This document shows positions 26,931-35,817 of a stretch of DNA of 37,630 nt, piece by piece. Origin of the DNA: Candidatus Bathyarchaeota archaeon (lineage in GTDB: Archaea; Thermoproteota; Bathyarchaeia; TCS64); the NCBI GenBank assembly GCA_043826455.1, contig JBDRQD010000061.1, positions 1-37,630 of the forward strand, given 5' to 3'. Position 1 is the first letter of the stretch; each line of letters starts with the position of its first letter. The translations under genes were made by a program, and so were the position numbers. Under the pieces are notes generated by a model. It was not told where the DNA came from. It saw only the letters and a list, made by a program, of their open reading frames with translations, and ran no database searches.

Positions 26931-27326
26931 TCACAGCCACCCGCTCAGCTGCATGAACTGGGCCTCGTGGAGGGCCTGGAACACCTGCACGGTCTCCTTG
27001 GGGGTGAGCCTGCACCTTAGCCTGCTCCTTAGGAAGGGCAGCGCCTTGGACGCGTTTCTGATGACGTGAACCTTGGTCCAGGTGACCTCCACCTGGGCCG
27101 GGAAGGTCCCTGAACCCATGAAGGCGTACGGGTCCTTGTGGATCATGGGCTCCGAGGACGCCCTGAAGGGACCCAAGAGGCTTCCGCTGTTGAGGTTGTA
27201 GAGGAACACGGGGTCCCCCACCTTGATGCGCTTCACGTCGTCCCAGAACCTGCTACTGTTGCCGAAGAGGCCGTTCCGCAGGCACTCACGCTCCGTGGCG
27301 TCGCTGCAGAAGAACAGGTAGCTCAC
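26931..27326 (-). CDS. Stand-alone DCD (development/cell death)-like domain protein
   Basis: FFC...TERECL...LFG...VKRIKVGDPVFLYN...LLGPFRASS......PYAF.G...FPAQV matches my recollection of the DCD pattern. Confidence 0.7.
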   Translation of the reverse strand: MSYLFFCSDATERECLRNGLFGNSSRFWDDVKRIKVGDPVFLYNLNSGSLLGPFRASSEPMIHKDPYAFMGSGTFPAQVEVTWTKVHVIRNASKALPFLRSRLRCRLTPKETVQVFQALHEAQFMQLSGWL

Positions 27327-27415
27327 AAGTTAAGTTTCGGAACGCTTCTTTATTTATCATTTTCACCTAAAAATAACTAGTGAGGGTGGCACTTTAGGGT
27401 AAAAGGGGGGGGAGG

Positions 27416-29461
27416 CTAGCTCGTCCTCTTGTAGTAGCCTGGTCTGGGCGAGTATATGGTGCCATCCTTCATGAGGACTCCCACCAGGCGGGCTGCCTCG
27501 GACCTGCTGATGCCGTGGTCGCTCTGCAGCGTGTCGTAGAAGTCGTCGTCCTTGACGCTGCCGCTGATCCTCTCCATCTCGCTTATCACCTGGAGTACTT
27601 TCTGCAGCTGGTTCTGGAGGCTCCTGGGCTTGCCCGTGTACAGGATGTCTATGTCTATCTGGCCCGTGGACACGTCTATGCCCACCTGCTCAAGGCTCTT
27701 CTGCATCAGGTTTATGGTGGCCTCGGCGTCCTCCACTGTTATCTCCTTCCTGAGGTGGGCTCTGGCCCTGGCCTCGGCCATTCTTACTAGGCTCTCAAGC
27801 TGCCGTGCAGTTATTGCCACGGCCGCGGCCTCACCGCCCTCGATGCTGGCTGTCCTCATCTTCACGTAGAAGCTCTTGAACCTCTCTATGACCTCGTCTG
27901 TGATGGCCGGCTTGATCTTCTTGGCGTAGCTGACATACTTCTTGAGCAGCTCCACTGAGAGAGGAGGCTCGCCGCTTGTGAGCACCCTGTGCAGGTTCAG
28001 GATGTGCTCAGCCATGTCAGCGTCTCTGGAGCTGTCCGGCTGATCCTTGAGGATGAATATGAGGTCGAACCTGCTCAGGATGGTTACAGGTAGGTTGATG
28101 TTCTGGGCGATGGTCTGGTAGGGGTTGTAGCGGCCGAGGGTGGGGTTGCCTGCGGCTAGGATGCTGGCTCTTGCGTTGAGGGTGGCCACGATGCCTCCCT
28201 TTGCGATGGGTACTATCTGCTGCTCCATGGCTGGGTGTATGGCGCCGCGGTCCTCTTCCCGCATCTTGTCGATCTCGTCGATGCAGCAGAGCCCTTTATC
28301 GGCCAGGACGAGGGCGCCGGCCTCTAGGATGAAGTTTCCGGTGCCGCCCTCCTTCACGACGGCCGCCGTGAGGCCCGCGGCGGTGCTTCCCCTGCCCGTG
28401 GTCATGATGCCTCTCGGCGCCGCCTTGGCGGCGAAGCTGAGTATCTGGCTCTTAGCTGTGCCAGGGTCACCTACCAGCAGAACGTTGATGTCTCCCCTGA
28501 TCCTCATGTCCTCAAGCTCCTTCAGGACTCCTCCGAATAGGAGGTACAGGACCGCCTCCTTGATGTGCTCGTAGCCATAGATGCTGGGGGCTATGCTGCT
28601 CAGGAGCTTCTGGTGGATCCAGGGGTCTCGGGAGAGCTCAAGGATCTCCTCCTCTTCCTCCGGAGTGACCTCCAGGAGCTCCATCTCCCTGCCGCTCACC
28701 TCAGCGTAGCTGGCGTCCACCTGGAGGTCGAAGGTGCGGAGCTCTCCGCCGCGGCCGTACCTTGGCAGGAGCTTGATGAAGCCCGTCAAGGTGACCCTGT
28801 CACCGGGGCGGACAAAGTCTACGAGGTCGTCCTTGAGCTCGATGTTGAGTGACCGGGGAAGCTGTCCCGGGGGCAGGTCCTCGGGCCGCTCTTGGATGCT
28901 GACGGTCTGGCAGTCTATGAACACGGACTCCTTGGGCACCAGCTCGAAGCCCTTCCTGTTGTCGCAGGCTATGCACTTCTGGGGCCTCATGAGGATCTGG
29001 CCGCTCTGCTCTATGTGGTTGAGCTCACCGCAGGCGGGGCACCTGAACGTGGCCTTCACCACCATCGGGGTCATGGATGACGCCCTCACGATGATGCCGC
29101 TGACCATGATCAGCCTGCCCACGTGGTCTGACCCCATGCGGCGGAGGGGTGTGGCGGCTGGCAGGTTCCTGTAACGAATGTTTACTCTGTTGAGGCTCTC
29201 AGCGAACATGGGGTCCCTGGTGCGGAGCCTCCCCCTGACAACGGAGCTGAAGATGGGTGTAAGGCCTTCAGGGTCCTCCAAGATGGCTCTAGCCAGGTCC
29301 ATGTCATAACTGTATATGTCCGTGAAGTCGATGACGAGGCTCTTGGAGCCCTTCACCACCATCTCACTTATGTACTGGTCGTACTTGAAACGATTCTGGC
29401 CATCCATGAAGTCTTCTATGAATCTGGTGAAGGCCTCCTCAAAAGTGTCCAGCCGAGCCAT
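27416..29461 (-). CDS. mcm: MCM replicative helicase
   Basis: C4 zinc finger, QERPEDLPPGQLPR, GDPGTAKSQ, CIDEIDKM, AMEQQ, SRFD; no intein. Confidence 0.98.
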   Translation of the reverse strand: MARLDTFEEAFTRFIEDFMDGQNRFKYDQYISEMVVKGSKSLVIDFTDIYSYDMDLARAILEDPEGLTPIFSSVVRGRLRTRDPMFAESLNRVNIRYRNLPAATPLRRMGSDHVGRLIMVSGIIVRASSMTPMVVKATFRCPACGELNHIEQSGQILMRPQKCIACDNRKGFELVPKESVFIDCQTVSIQERPEDLPPGQLPRSLNIELKDDLVDFVRPGDRVTLTGFIKLLPRYGRGGELRTFDLQVDASYAEVSGREMELLEVTPEEEEEILELSRDPWIHQKLLSSIAPSIYGYEHIKEAVLYLLFGGVLKELEDMRIRGDINVLLVGDPGTAKSQILSFAAKAAPRGIMTTGRGSTAAGLTAAVVKEGGTGNFILEAGALVLADKGLCCIDEIDKMREEDRGAIHPAMEQQIVPIAKGGIVATLNARASILAAGNPTLGRYNPYQTIAQNINLPVTILSRFDLIFILKDQPDSSRDADMAEHILNLHRVLTSGEPPLSVELLKKYVSYAKKIKPAITDEVIERFKSFYVKMRTASIEGGEAAAVAITARQLESLVRMAEARARAHLRKEITVEDAEATINLMQKSLEQVGIDVSTGQIDIDILYTGKPRSLQNQLQKVLQVISEMERISGSVKDDDFYDTLQSDHGISRSEAARLVGVLMKDGTIYSPRPGYYKRTS

Positions 29462-29464
29462 AGC

Positions 29465-29980
29465 TTACTCCCCAAGCCCTCTTAGATCTTCTCTCCAGGC
29501 CAAGATCAGTCGGTGAACCATATCGTATAATTGCTCCTCCTCTTTCTGGAGGGAAGAGGTGGGTGAATCTGCCTCGGCTGAAGCCATCCTGGCTATGCGG
29601 CCTATCCTGCTCTCCAAGATCTCCTTGAACCTGGCCCTCATGCGGCTCAGGTTGGGCGCTTTATCTAGTTTAATCAAGTTGAAGCTCTGGTAGGCCTTGG
29701 CGTAGAAATCGTCAGGCAAGGGGCCGGGGGGCCCAGCTGGGTTCAACCGCTCCTTGAAGTGGACCTGATTCCACTCCGTCTGTGATAGAGGTTCCCCGCT
29801 GTACTCTGCGAGCCCGGCTTCAACCAACTCCTTGGCTGCCCAGAACCAAGTAGTGAACTCGTGGCCCTCCTCCACAGAAGCGATGTTTATACCGGGGGTG
29901 TTTATGGCGGGGGTCTTCTTAGCTGCTCGGCACACGATTTGGCGTATCTCGTAATCCAGGTGGGCTACCTTGGAGCTCAT
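29465..29980 (-). CDS. GINS subunit (Gins23 type)
   Basis: B-domain (FWAAKELVEAGLA) before A-domain (LPDDFY...RIGRI...EEEQLY); immediately upstream of mcm. Confidence 0.82.
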   Translation of the reverse strand: MSSKVAHLDYEIRQIVCRAAKKTPAINTPGINIASVEEGHEFTTWFWAAKELVEAGLAEYSGEPLSQTEWNQVHFKERLNPAGPPGPLPDDFYAKAYQSFNLIKLDKAPNLSRMRARFKEILESRIGRIARMASAEADSPTSSLQKEEEQLYDMVHRLILAWREDLRGLGE

Positions 29981-30071
29981 TGGTTGACTTAACCCTTGAC
30001 AATCTTATAGCACAATTCTTACAGCGGGTGAGAGTGTCAGCTTTAAATGACGCGGTTCCTTGAATGCACCA

Positions 30072-30746
30072 ATGCAGTCCAAGCTCCGAGAAGGCACCGG
30101 CGTCAATGCCATGACCCAGACCGTGAAGGCTCTGGCTGAGAACCTTCGGGTCAGAGGAATGGTCGAGGGGCGGATGGAGGAATTCAGGCAGGTGCACCTT
30201 ATGGACTCCCAGAAATGGTACGAGGAGCTCGTCTACTGCCTGCTGACGGCGTACAGCAGCGCCCTCATGGGTCAGCGGTGTGTGGACGCTCTAAGCTGCA
30301 ATGGGGCCCTCATTAAGGGGGAGCTATCAGACGTAACAGCGTGTCTAGTCAATGAGGGCCACAGGTTCGCCAACGCCAGAGCCGAGTACATATACAACTC
30401 CAGGGACCTGGCCCCCAGGATCAAGTCCATAGTCCAAGGCTTCAAGGATACAGCTGAGGCTAGACTGTGGCTGGTGGACAACGTCAAGGGCCTAGGGTGG
30501 AAGGAAGCCAGCCACTACCTCAGGAACGTCGGCTACTTCGACGTAGCTATCATTGACCGCCACATCCTGAGCAACATGGCCGAGCACGAAATCATCACCG
30601 CCGAGGAAGCGAAAAAGAGTCTGACGAAGAAAAGGTATCTGGTATACGAGGAGGTCCTAGCCCGGGTGGCTGAAAGGCTGGAAATGAGCCTCGGTGAACT
30701 AGATTTGTACCTGTGGTACAGGAAGACCGGAAAGGTCTTGAAATAG
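30072..30746 (+). CDS. ogg: 8-oxoguanine DNA glycosylase/AP lyase (Ogg2 type)
   Basis: ELVYCLLTA, GHRFANARA, VKGLGWKEASHYLRNVG, IIDRHI, DLYLWYRKTGKVLK; start chosen from TATA CTTTAAAT at 30041. Confidence 0.92.
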   Translation: MQSKLREGTGVNAMTQTVKALAENLRVRGMVEGRMEEFRQVHLMDSQKWYEELVYCLLTAYSSALMGQRCVDALSCNGALIKGELSDVTACLVNEGHRFANARAEYIYNSRDLAPRIKSIVQGFKDTAEARLWLVDNVKGLGWKEASHYLRNVGYFDVAIIDRHILSNMAEHEIITAEEAKKSLTKKRYLVYEEVLARVAERLEMSLGELDLYLWYRKTGKVLK

Positions 30747-30780
30747 ATTATTTAGATGTCCAGCCTATACTTTCTACGTC

Positions 30781-31866
30781 ATGAAGGTGAAGATAGGCGA
30801 CGAGACCAGGGACGTGCTGACCATTTGGCGAGAGGGCCAAACGGTCAAGATGATCGACCAGAGGCTTCTACCCCACAGGTTTGAGGTCGTCGCCCTCAGC
30901 CACCACAGGGAGACCGCCCAAGCCATCAGGGACATGGTCACAAGGGGCGCCGGCGCCATAGGGTGCGCCGCCGGATACGCCATGGCTCAAGCCGCCCTTG
31001 AAGCCAGGGATTACTCTTTGAAGGAGTTCGTCAAGCACATGGCCGAAGCCGCCGGCACGGTTCGGCGGACAAGGCCCACAGCCGTGAACCTTTTCCGCGC
31101 GGTGGAGCGCTGCCTTGACGCAGCCGAGGACGGCTCAGTGGCTCAACGTGTGAGAAAAGTCGAGGCGGAGGCAGACAAGATAGCGTGTGAAGACCTAGAG
31201 GCCTCCAGGCTCATGGGGGAGCACGGGGAGAAACTCGTAGGAGACGGCTACAGGGTCCTCACTCATTGCAACGCCGGCGCCCTGGCTTTCGTTGACCACG
31301 GTACGGCCCTAAGCCCCATCAGGGTGGCCCACAGAAAAGGAAAGAGGGTCTTCGTCTGGGTGGATGAGACTCGCCCTCGTAGCCAGGGCGCGAAGCTCAC
31401 AGCCTGGGAGATGCAGATGGAGGATATCCCCTACGCCCTCATCGTGGACAACGCGGCGGGCTACTATATGAGGCGTGGCGAAGTCGACATGGTCATCGTG
31501 GGGGCCGACAGGGTGGCAGCCAATGGGGACGTGGCCAACAAGATTGGCACCTACGAGAAGGCGGTGGTGGCCCACGAGAACGGTGTGCCTTTCTATGTGG
31601 CTGCTCCGGAGATGACCTTCGACCTCAGGACGCCTACGGGGGACGCCGTAGAGATCGAGGAAAGAAGCCCAGAGGAGGTGACGCGAGTGTGGGGCAAGGG
31701 GGAGGACGGAAAATACACGTGGGTTATGATCACAGCGGAGGGGGCTCTGGCCAGGAACCCCAGCTTCGACGTTACTCCAGCCAAGTACATCACTGGCTTC
31801 ATCACGGAGAAGGGGGTCATAGGGCCCCCCTACGAAGAAAACATACCCAAAACTTTCAGAGATTGA
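30781..31866 (+). CDS. mtnA: S-methyl-5-thioribose-1-phosphate isomerase
   Basis: IDQRLLP, RGAGAIG, RPTAVNL, THCNAGALA, ETRP, GADR, NKIGT, NPSFDVTP. Confidence 0.93.
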   Translation: MKVKIGDETRDVLTIWREGQTVKMIDQRLLPHRFEVVALSHHRETAQAIRDMVTRGAGAIGCAAGYAMAQAALEARDYSLKEFVKHMAEAAGTVRRTRPTAVNLFRAVERCLDAAEDGSVAQRVRKVEAEADKIACEDLEASRLMGEHGEKLVGDGYRVLTHCNAGALAFVDHGTALSPIRVAHRKGKRVFVWVDETRPRSQGAKLTAWEMQMEDIPYALIVDNAAGYYMRRGEVDMVIVGADRVAANGDVANKIGTYEKAVVAHENGVPFYVAAPEMTFDLRTPTGDAVEIEERSPEEVTRVWGKGEDGKYTWVMITAEGALARNPSFDVTPAKYITGFITEKGVIGPPYEENIPKTFRD

Positions 31867-31868
31867 GA

Positions 31869-32291
31869 CTACTTCTTGGCCTTGACCTTGGCCTCCTCCT
31901 CCCCCTGGGCCACCTGGACCCGCGACAGGAGGCCAAGGAGCACAGGGCCCGAGGACAGGTTACCGATGACCGGCAGCCTCCGGACGTTCTTCTCCATCAT
32001 TATCGCCGCGGCCTCGTGGAGGGGCGTACTGGGGGTCACCCAGATGAGGGGCGTCGACATCACCTCCCTCACCAGGAGGAGGTGGGGATCGTACTTCATC
32101 ATGTACACCCTTCTAACTATGTCGTTGTCCGTGAGGATGCCTACGGGAAGACCTTCATCCACTACCACCAGGCAGCCTATGCTGAAGTACTTCATGAGGC
32201 TGTCAGCGTACTTTACTGGATAGTCTGGTTTGATGGTGATCACGTCTGTGATCATTACATCCTCTACGCTAATTGACACGGGGCACGGCAC
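31869..32291 (-). CDS. CBS domain pair protein
   Basis: VEDVM...LVVVD...GILTDNDI...VREVMSTP...VRRLPV. Confidence 0.9.
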   Translation of the reverse strand: MPCPVSISVEDVMITDVITIKPDYPVKYADSLMKYFSIGCLVVVDEGLPVGILTDNDIVRRVYMMKYDPHLLLVREVMSTPLIWVTPSTPLHEAAAIMMEKNVRRLPVIGNLSSGPVLLGLLSRVQVAQGEEEAKVKAKK

Positions 32292-32393
32292 CGCTCAAAA
32301 CATTGAGCCATTTATGATATCGTTTATGGAGCCTTAAACCCTACCAGCCTCTATAGATTAATGTTCCATGGGCAGGTGCGGGTGACCAAATCG

Positions 32394-32403
32394 CTTAAAT
32401 TAT
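32394..32403 (+). promoter_or_regulatory. TATA box of tRNA-Tyr
   Basis: CTTAAATTAT 25-35 nt upstream of the tRNA 5' end. Confidence 0.5.
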
Positions 32404-32427
32404 CGTAGTTGCCATGTTTCTCGGAGT

Positions 32428-32544
32428 CCCGCCCTAGCTCAATGGCAGAGCATCCGGCTGTAGTCGTCGCCCCGCGGGGCGGTGGCGTTCAGGCCATGAG
32501 CAGACACCGGAGGGTTGCAGGTTCAACTCCCGCGGGCGGGACCA
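32428..32544 (+). tRNA. tRNA-Tyr(GTA) with 42-nt intron at 37/38 (32464..32505), CCA encoded
   Basis: Acceptor CCCGCCC/GGGCGGG (C1-G72, A73), D arm GCTC/GAGC, anticodon stem TCCGG/CCGGA, CT-GTA-G, T loop TTCAACT; CTGT pairs with intron GCAG followed by ACA bulge. Confidence 0.93.
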
Positions 32545-32603
32545 TCCTCAAAACCTCCAGAAAAGGAGTTGCACGTCGCTGGCGTGTGAATAAAAAAAGG
32601 GGT

Positions 32604-33491
32604 TTATTCTTTGAGCTTCTTGTTGGCCAGCTTCTCCACCGCCACCACCACGGCCTGGGTTCCCTTGTCCCTCATGCCCATGGCGTCACAGTGCCTGAAC
32701 ATCTGGTGCACCAGGCTCGTGGCAGGTAGCGGCATCTTGCTGACGGCGGCGGTGTCCATGATGATGCCCAGGTCCTTCATGTAGTCCTTTATCTTGAATC
32801 CTGGCTCGTGGTCGCCCTTAAGCAGCCTCTCACCGTTGTTGGTGAGCTGCCAGCTGCCGGCTGCGCCCCCGCTCACCGCGGCGTGGACCTTCTCCACGTC
32901 CACTCCTGCCTTGGCGGCGAAGACCAGCGCCTCGGCTACGCCCAGCATGGTGGTGCCTACAAGTATCTGGTTGACGGCTTTGCATACTTGGCCGTCGCCG
33001 TTTCCGCCGATGTAGGTGATGGTCTTGCCCATGGCCTGGAGTATGGGCAGACACTTGTCGTAGACCTCCTTCTTGCCGCCCACCATGATGCTGAGGGTGC
33101 CGTTGTTGGCTCCTATGACGCCGCCGCTGACGGGGGCGTCCAGCATCTCGATGCCTTTCTCGGCGAGCTTGGCGGCTATGGCCTTGGTGGCTATGGGGCT
33201 TATGGTGCTCATGTCTATGAAGGCGTCGCCCTTCTTGGCGCCGTGGATGGCGCCGCTTGGGCCCAGGAGCACCTCCTCCACGTCGCTGCTGTCAGTGACC
33301 ATGGTGATGACCACGTCGCTGCTCTTGGCTACGTCCTTGGGGCTCTTAGCCGGCTTGGCTCCAACCTCCACGACCGGCTTCATCTTGGACTCCGTCCGGT
33401 TCCACACGGTGACCTGGTGCCCGGCCTTGACCAGGTTCTTGCTCATACCGGTCCCCATGAGGCCTAATCCTATGAACCCTATGCGAGTCAA
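32604..33491 (-). CDS. NAD(P)-dependent beta-hydroxyacid dehydrogenase (2-hydroxy-3-oxopropionate reductase / 3-hydroxyisobutyrate dehydrogenase family)
   Basis: GFIGLGLMG, DMSTISP, DAPVSGG, CKAVNQ, KDL; substrate not determinable. Confidence 0.9.
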   Translation of the reverse strand: MTRIGFIGLGLMGTGMSKNLVKAGHQVTVWNRTESKMKPVVEVGAKPAKSPKDVAKSSDVVITMVTDSSDVEEVLLGPSGAIHGAKKGDAFIDMSTISPIATKAIAAKLAEKGIEMLDAPVSGGVIGANNGTLSIMVGGKKEVYDKCLPILQAMGKTITYIGGNGDGQVCKAVNQILVGTTMLGVAEALVFAAKAGVDVEKVHAAVSGGAAGSWQLTNNGERLLKGDHEPGFKIKDYMKDLGIIMDTAAVSKMPLPATSLVHQMFRHCDAMGMRDKGTQAVVVAVEKLANKKLKE

Positions 33492-33536
33492 ACTGATCAG
33501 GGATGATTGGTCTCCGTGGACACTAAACAGTTTCGT

Positions 33537-33950
33537 TTAGCCCAGGATGGCCTTCTTCATCTCGATTATGAGGTAGCTGCCTGAGATGCCTGCCAGGGTT
33601 AACCCTATTCCGAACAGGAGGTACCTGTTGGCCTTTGACCTGTCGTAGGCTACCTGGGTGCTGCGGTAGCTGATCCACAGGCCCAGGAAGACGGCTGCGT
33701 TGGAGAGGAAGACGAAGATGCTCTCGTAGACTGTCTGGTCGCTGAGGTACGGGTGAAGGGTCAGGTACCTGTTTCCGTAGGGTATGAAGGGGGGCGGGCT
33801 CTCCAGGATGTTGTAGATGCCTCCGCTCAATATGAACAATGAGAAGATGACTACGCCCCAGGTTAGCAGGTTTGACGGTATCCTGAAATCTTTGAGGGGG
33901 TTCCTTCTGCTTGAGCGTCTCTTGGACATGGCTTCTGCCTCCTGCCCCAT
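33537..33950 (-). CDS. OSTC/DC2-like (OST3/OST6 family) 3-TM protein
   Basis: IPS...FILSGGIYNILESPP...QTVYESI...LGLWISYRS...NRYLLFGIG...MK; start 33950 or 33929. Confidence 0.7.
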   Translation of the reverse strand: MGQEAEAMSKRRSSRRNPLKDFRIPSNLLTWGVVIFSLFILSGGIYNILESPPPFIPYGNRYLTLHPYLSDQTVYESIFVFLSNAAVFLGLWISYRSTQVAYDRSKANRYLLFGIGLTLAGISGSYLIIEMKKAILG

Positions 33951-34000
33951 TTACTGTGGCATGGGATATAATCCTTTTTCCTGTGTCAACGTGGCATGAA

Positions 34001-34010
34001 GTTTATAAAC
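34001..34010. promoter_or_regulatory. Palindromic TATA element GTTTATAAAC between divergent genes
   Basis: Perfect 10-bp palindrome 35 nt upstream of GTG 34046. Confidence 0.5.
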
Positions 34011-34045
34011 GAAGGCTCGGTACCTACTAGAGCCGAGGGGTTATA

Positions 34046-34210
34046 GTGCCGCAGAGAATATGCTGTAGGGAGTGTGGGGAGGTCCTGTACGAGGGTGATC
34101 TTTTAAAGTCTCCCCAGGACGTCATCAAGAAGTTTGAGGGCAGGTGCCCCAAGTGCGGCAAGGACCTGTCCTTCGACACGGACGCCGTCAAGGTGAAGCC
34201 GTGCCCCTAG
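34046..34210 (+). CDS. Small zinc-ribbon protein (54 aa)
   Basis: Below track cutoff: MPQRICCRECGEVLYEGDLLKSPQDVIKKFEGRCPKCGKDLSFDTDAVKVKPCP; two CxxC pairs, host-like codons, GAGGGG upstream. Confidence 0.85.
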   Translation: MPQRICCRECGEVLYEGDLLKSPQDVIKKFEGRCPKCGKDLSFDTDAVKVKPCP

Positions 34211-34266
34211 GCGTCACAGATAATAGTTTTAACTTGGTACCGGGTGATTCTTAGGCGGTACAAGAG

Positions 34267-35397
34267 TTGGAGCTTAAAAAGACTCATATTTACGGTTACC
34301 ACGCGGACCACGGCAACGTTGTGGATTTCGGCGGGTTCGCCATGCCCGTGTGGTACGAGGGCATTCAGGCGGAGCACAAGGCTGTGCGTGAGGCCTGCGG
34401 CATCTTCGACACCAGCCACATGGGTAGGACTTGGGCTGAGGGCCCGGACGCTGAGAGGTTCCTCAACTACCTGGTCACCAACGATGTGGGTAAGCTGGAG
34501 CCCTTCGGGGGCCTGTACACGGTGATGTGTAAGCCCACGGGCGGCATCGTGGATGACCTCATCCTCTACAAGTTCACCCCTGAGAGGTTCCTGGTCGTCT
34601 ATAACGCCAGCAACAGGGACAAGGACTTCAAGTGGATGAAGAAGAACAGCAAGGACTTCCAGGTTAAGCTGACGGACGTCAGCGACAGGGTGGCCATGAT
34701 CGCTGTCCAGGGGCCTAAGGCGGAGGATACCCTTCAGAAGATCACTGAGGGCGACCTCAGTGGCATCGGGCGCTTCACCATCGGTGAGGTGGTCGTCAGC
34801 GGTGAGAAGTGTCTGGCTGCTAGGACGGGGTACACGGGTGAGGACGGCTTCGAGGTCTTCGTGCTGGACTGCCCCGCGGAGAAGCCGGATAAGGCCATGA
34901 AGATATGGATGGGCCTGGTGGGCGCCGGGGCGGTTCCGTGTGGTCTAGGCGCCAGGGACAGCCTGAGGCTGGAGGCGGGCCTGTGGCTTTACGGTAACGA
35001 CATCGACGAGAGCATCAACCCCCTGGAGGCGGGGCTCAGGTGGACTGTGAAGTTCAAGAAGCCGGGGTACTTCGTGGGGCAGCGGGCGCTGCAGAAGGTT
35101 AGGGACGAGGGCGTCTCCAAGACCCTGGTGGGGGTGATGCTGGAGGGTAGGGGCATCCCGCGGCACGGCTACGAGGTCCTAGACCTGGAGGAGAAGGAGG
35201 TAGGTGTGGTCACCAGCGGTGGTCTTAGCCCAACGTTGGATGTGGGCATAGCCTTGGCGTATGTGCCCACCGGGTTCAGTGAGGTGGGGACGGAGCTGCT
35301 GGTGAAGATCAGGAAGAACCTGGTGAAGGGAAAAGTTGTTAAGCACCGGCCCTTCTATGATGAAAGCGTGTACGGTTGGAAGAGGGATAAGAAGTGA
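34267..35397 (+). CDS. gcvT: Glycine cleavage system aminomethyltransferase T
   Basis: FGGFAMPVWY, FDTSHMG, AVQGP, RTGYTGEDGFE, GLGARDSLRLEAG. Confidence 0.96.
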   Translation: MELKKTHIYGYHADHGNVVDFGGFAMPVWYEGIQAEHKAVREACGIFDTSHMGRTWAEGPDAERFLNYLVTNDVGKLEPFGGLYTVMCKPTGGIVDDLILYKFTPERFLVVYNASNRDKDFKWMKKNSKDFQVKLTDVSDRVAMIAVQGPKAEDTLQKITEGDLSGIGRFTIGEVVVSGEKCLAARTGYTGEDGFEVFVLDCPAEKPDKAMKIWMGLVGAGAVPCGLGARDSLRLEAGLWLYGNDIDESINPLEAGLRWTVKFKKPGYFVGQRALQKVRDEGVSKTLVGVMLEGRGIPRHGYEVLDLEEKEVGVVTSGGLSPTLDVGIALAYVPTGFSEVGTELLVKIRKNLVKGKVVKHRPFYDESVYGWKRDKK

Positions 35398-35795
35398 CCG
35401 ACGATTACAAGGTTGAGGATGGGCTCTACTACACCAAGGAGCACGAGTGGGCTAAGAAGCTGGGCGGCAGCCTGGTGGCCGTAGGGGTTGACGACTACGC
35501 TCAGAAGCAGCTTCACGAGATAGTCTACGTGGAGTTACCCTCTGTGGGCGCGGAGGTGGCTCACCGTGAGGCCATAGGGGCGGTGGAGTCCGTGAAGGCT
35601 GTCAGCGACATGTATAGCCCGGTGGGCGGCAAGGTGGTGGAGGTTAACGAGGCCTTGCTTGACAGCCCTGAGCTGATCAACGATGACCCGTACGGTGATG
35701 GCTGGATCGCCAAGATCGAGGCCAGTAGCCTGGACGCGGACCTAGGTAAGCTGATGGATGCGAAGGCTTATAGGGCGTTTCTGAAGTCTCTTTAG
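35394..35795 (+). CDS. gcvH: Glycine cleavage system protein H
   Basis: YTKEHEW, VESVKAVSD (lipoyl-Lys), INDDPYGDGW. Confidence 0.96.
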   Translation: MTDDYKVEDGLYYTKEHEWAKKLGGSLVAVGVDDYAQKQLHEIVYVELPSVGAEVAHREAIGAVESVKAVSDMYSPVGGKVVEVNEALLDSPELINDDPYGDGWIAKIEASSLDADLGKLMDAKAYRAFLKSL

Positions 35796-35817
35796 GCTGT
35801 CCCCTTTTCCTTGTTGT

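Noticed and set aside
27416..29461. Intein or split in MCM
   Set aside because: 681 aa with contiguous motifs; normal length
32409..32729. 106-aa ORF
   Set aside because: Overlaps tRNA-Tyr and the antisense of the dehydrogenase gene
32808..33467. 219-aa plus-strand ORF and similar antisense ORFs across the GC-rich block
   Set aside because: Codon-bias shadows of well-supported genes on the opposite strand
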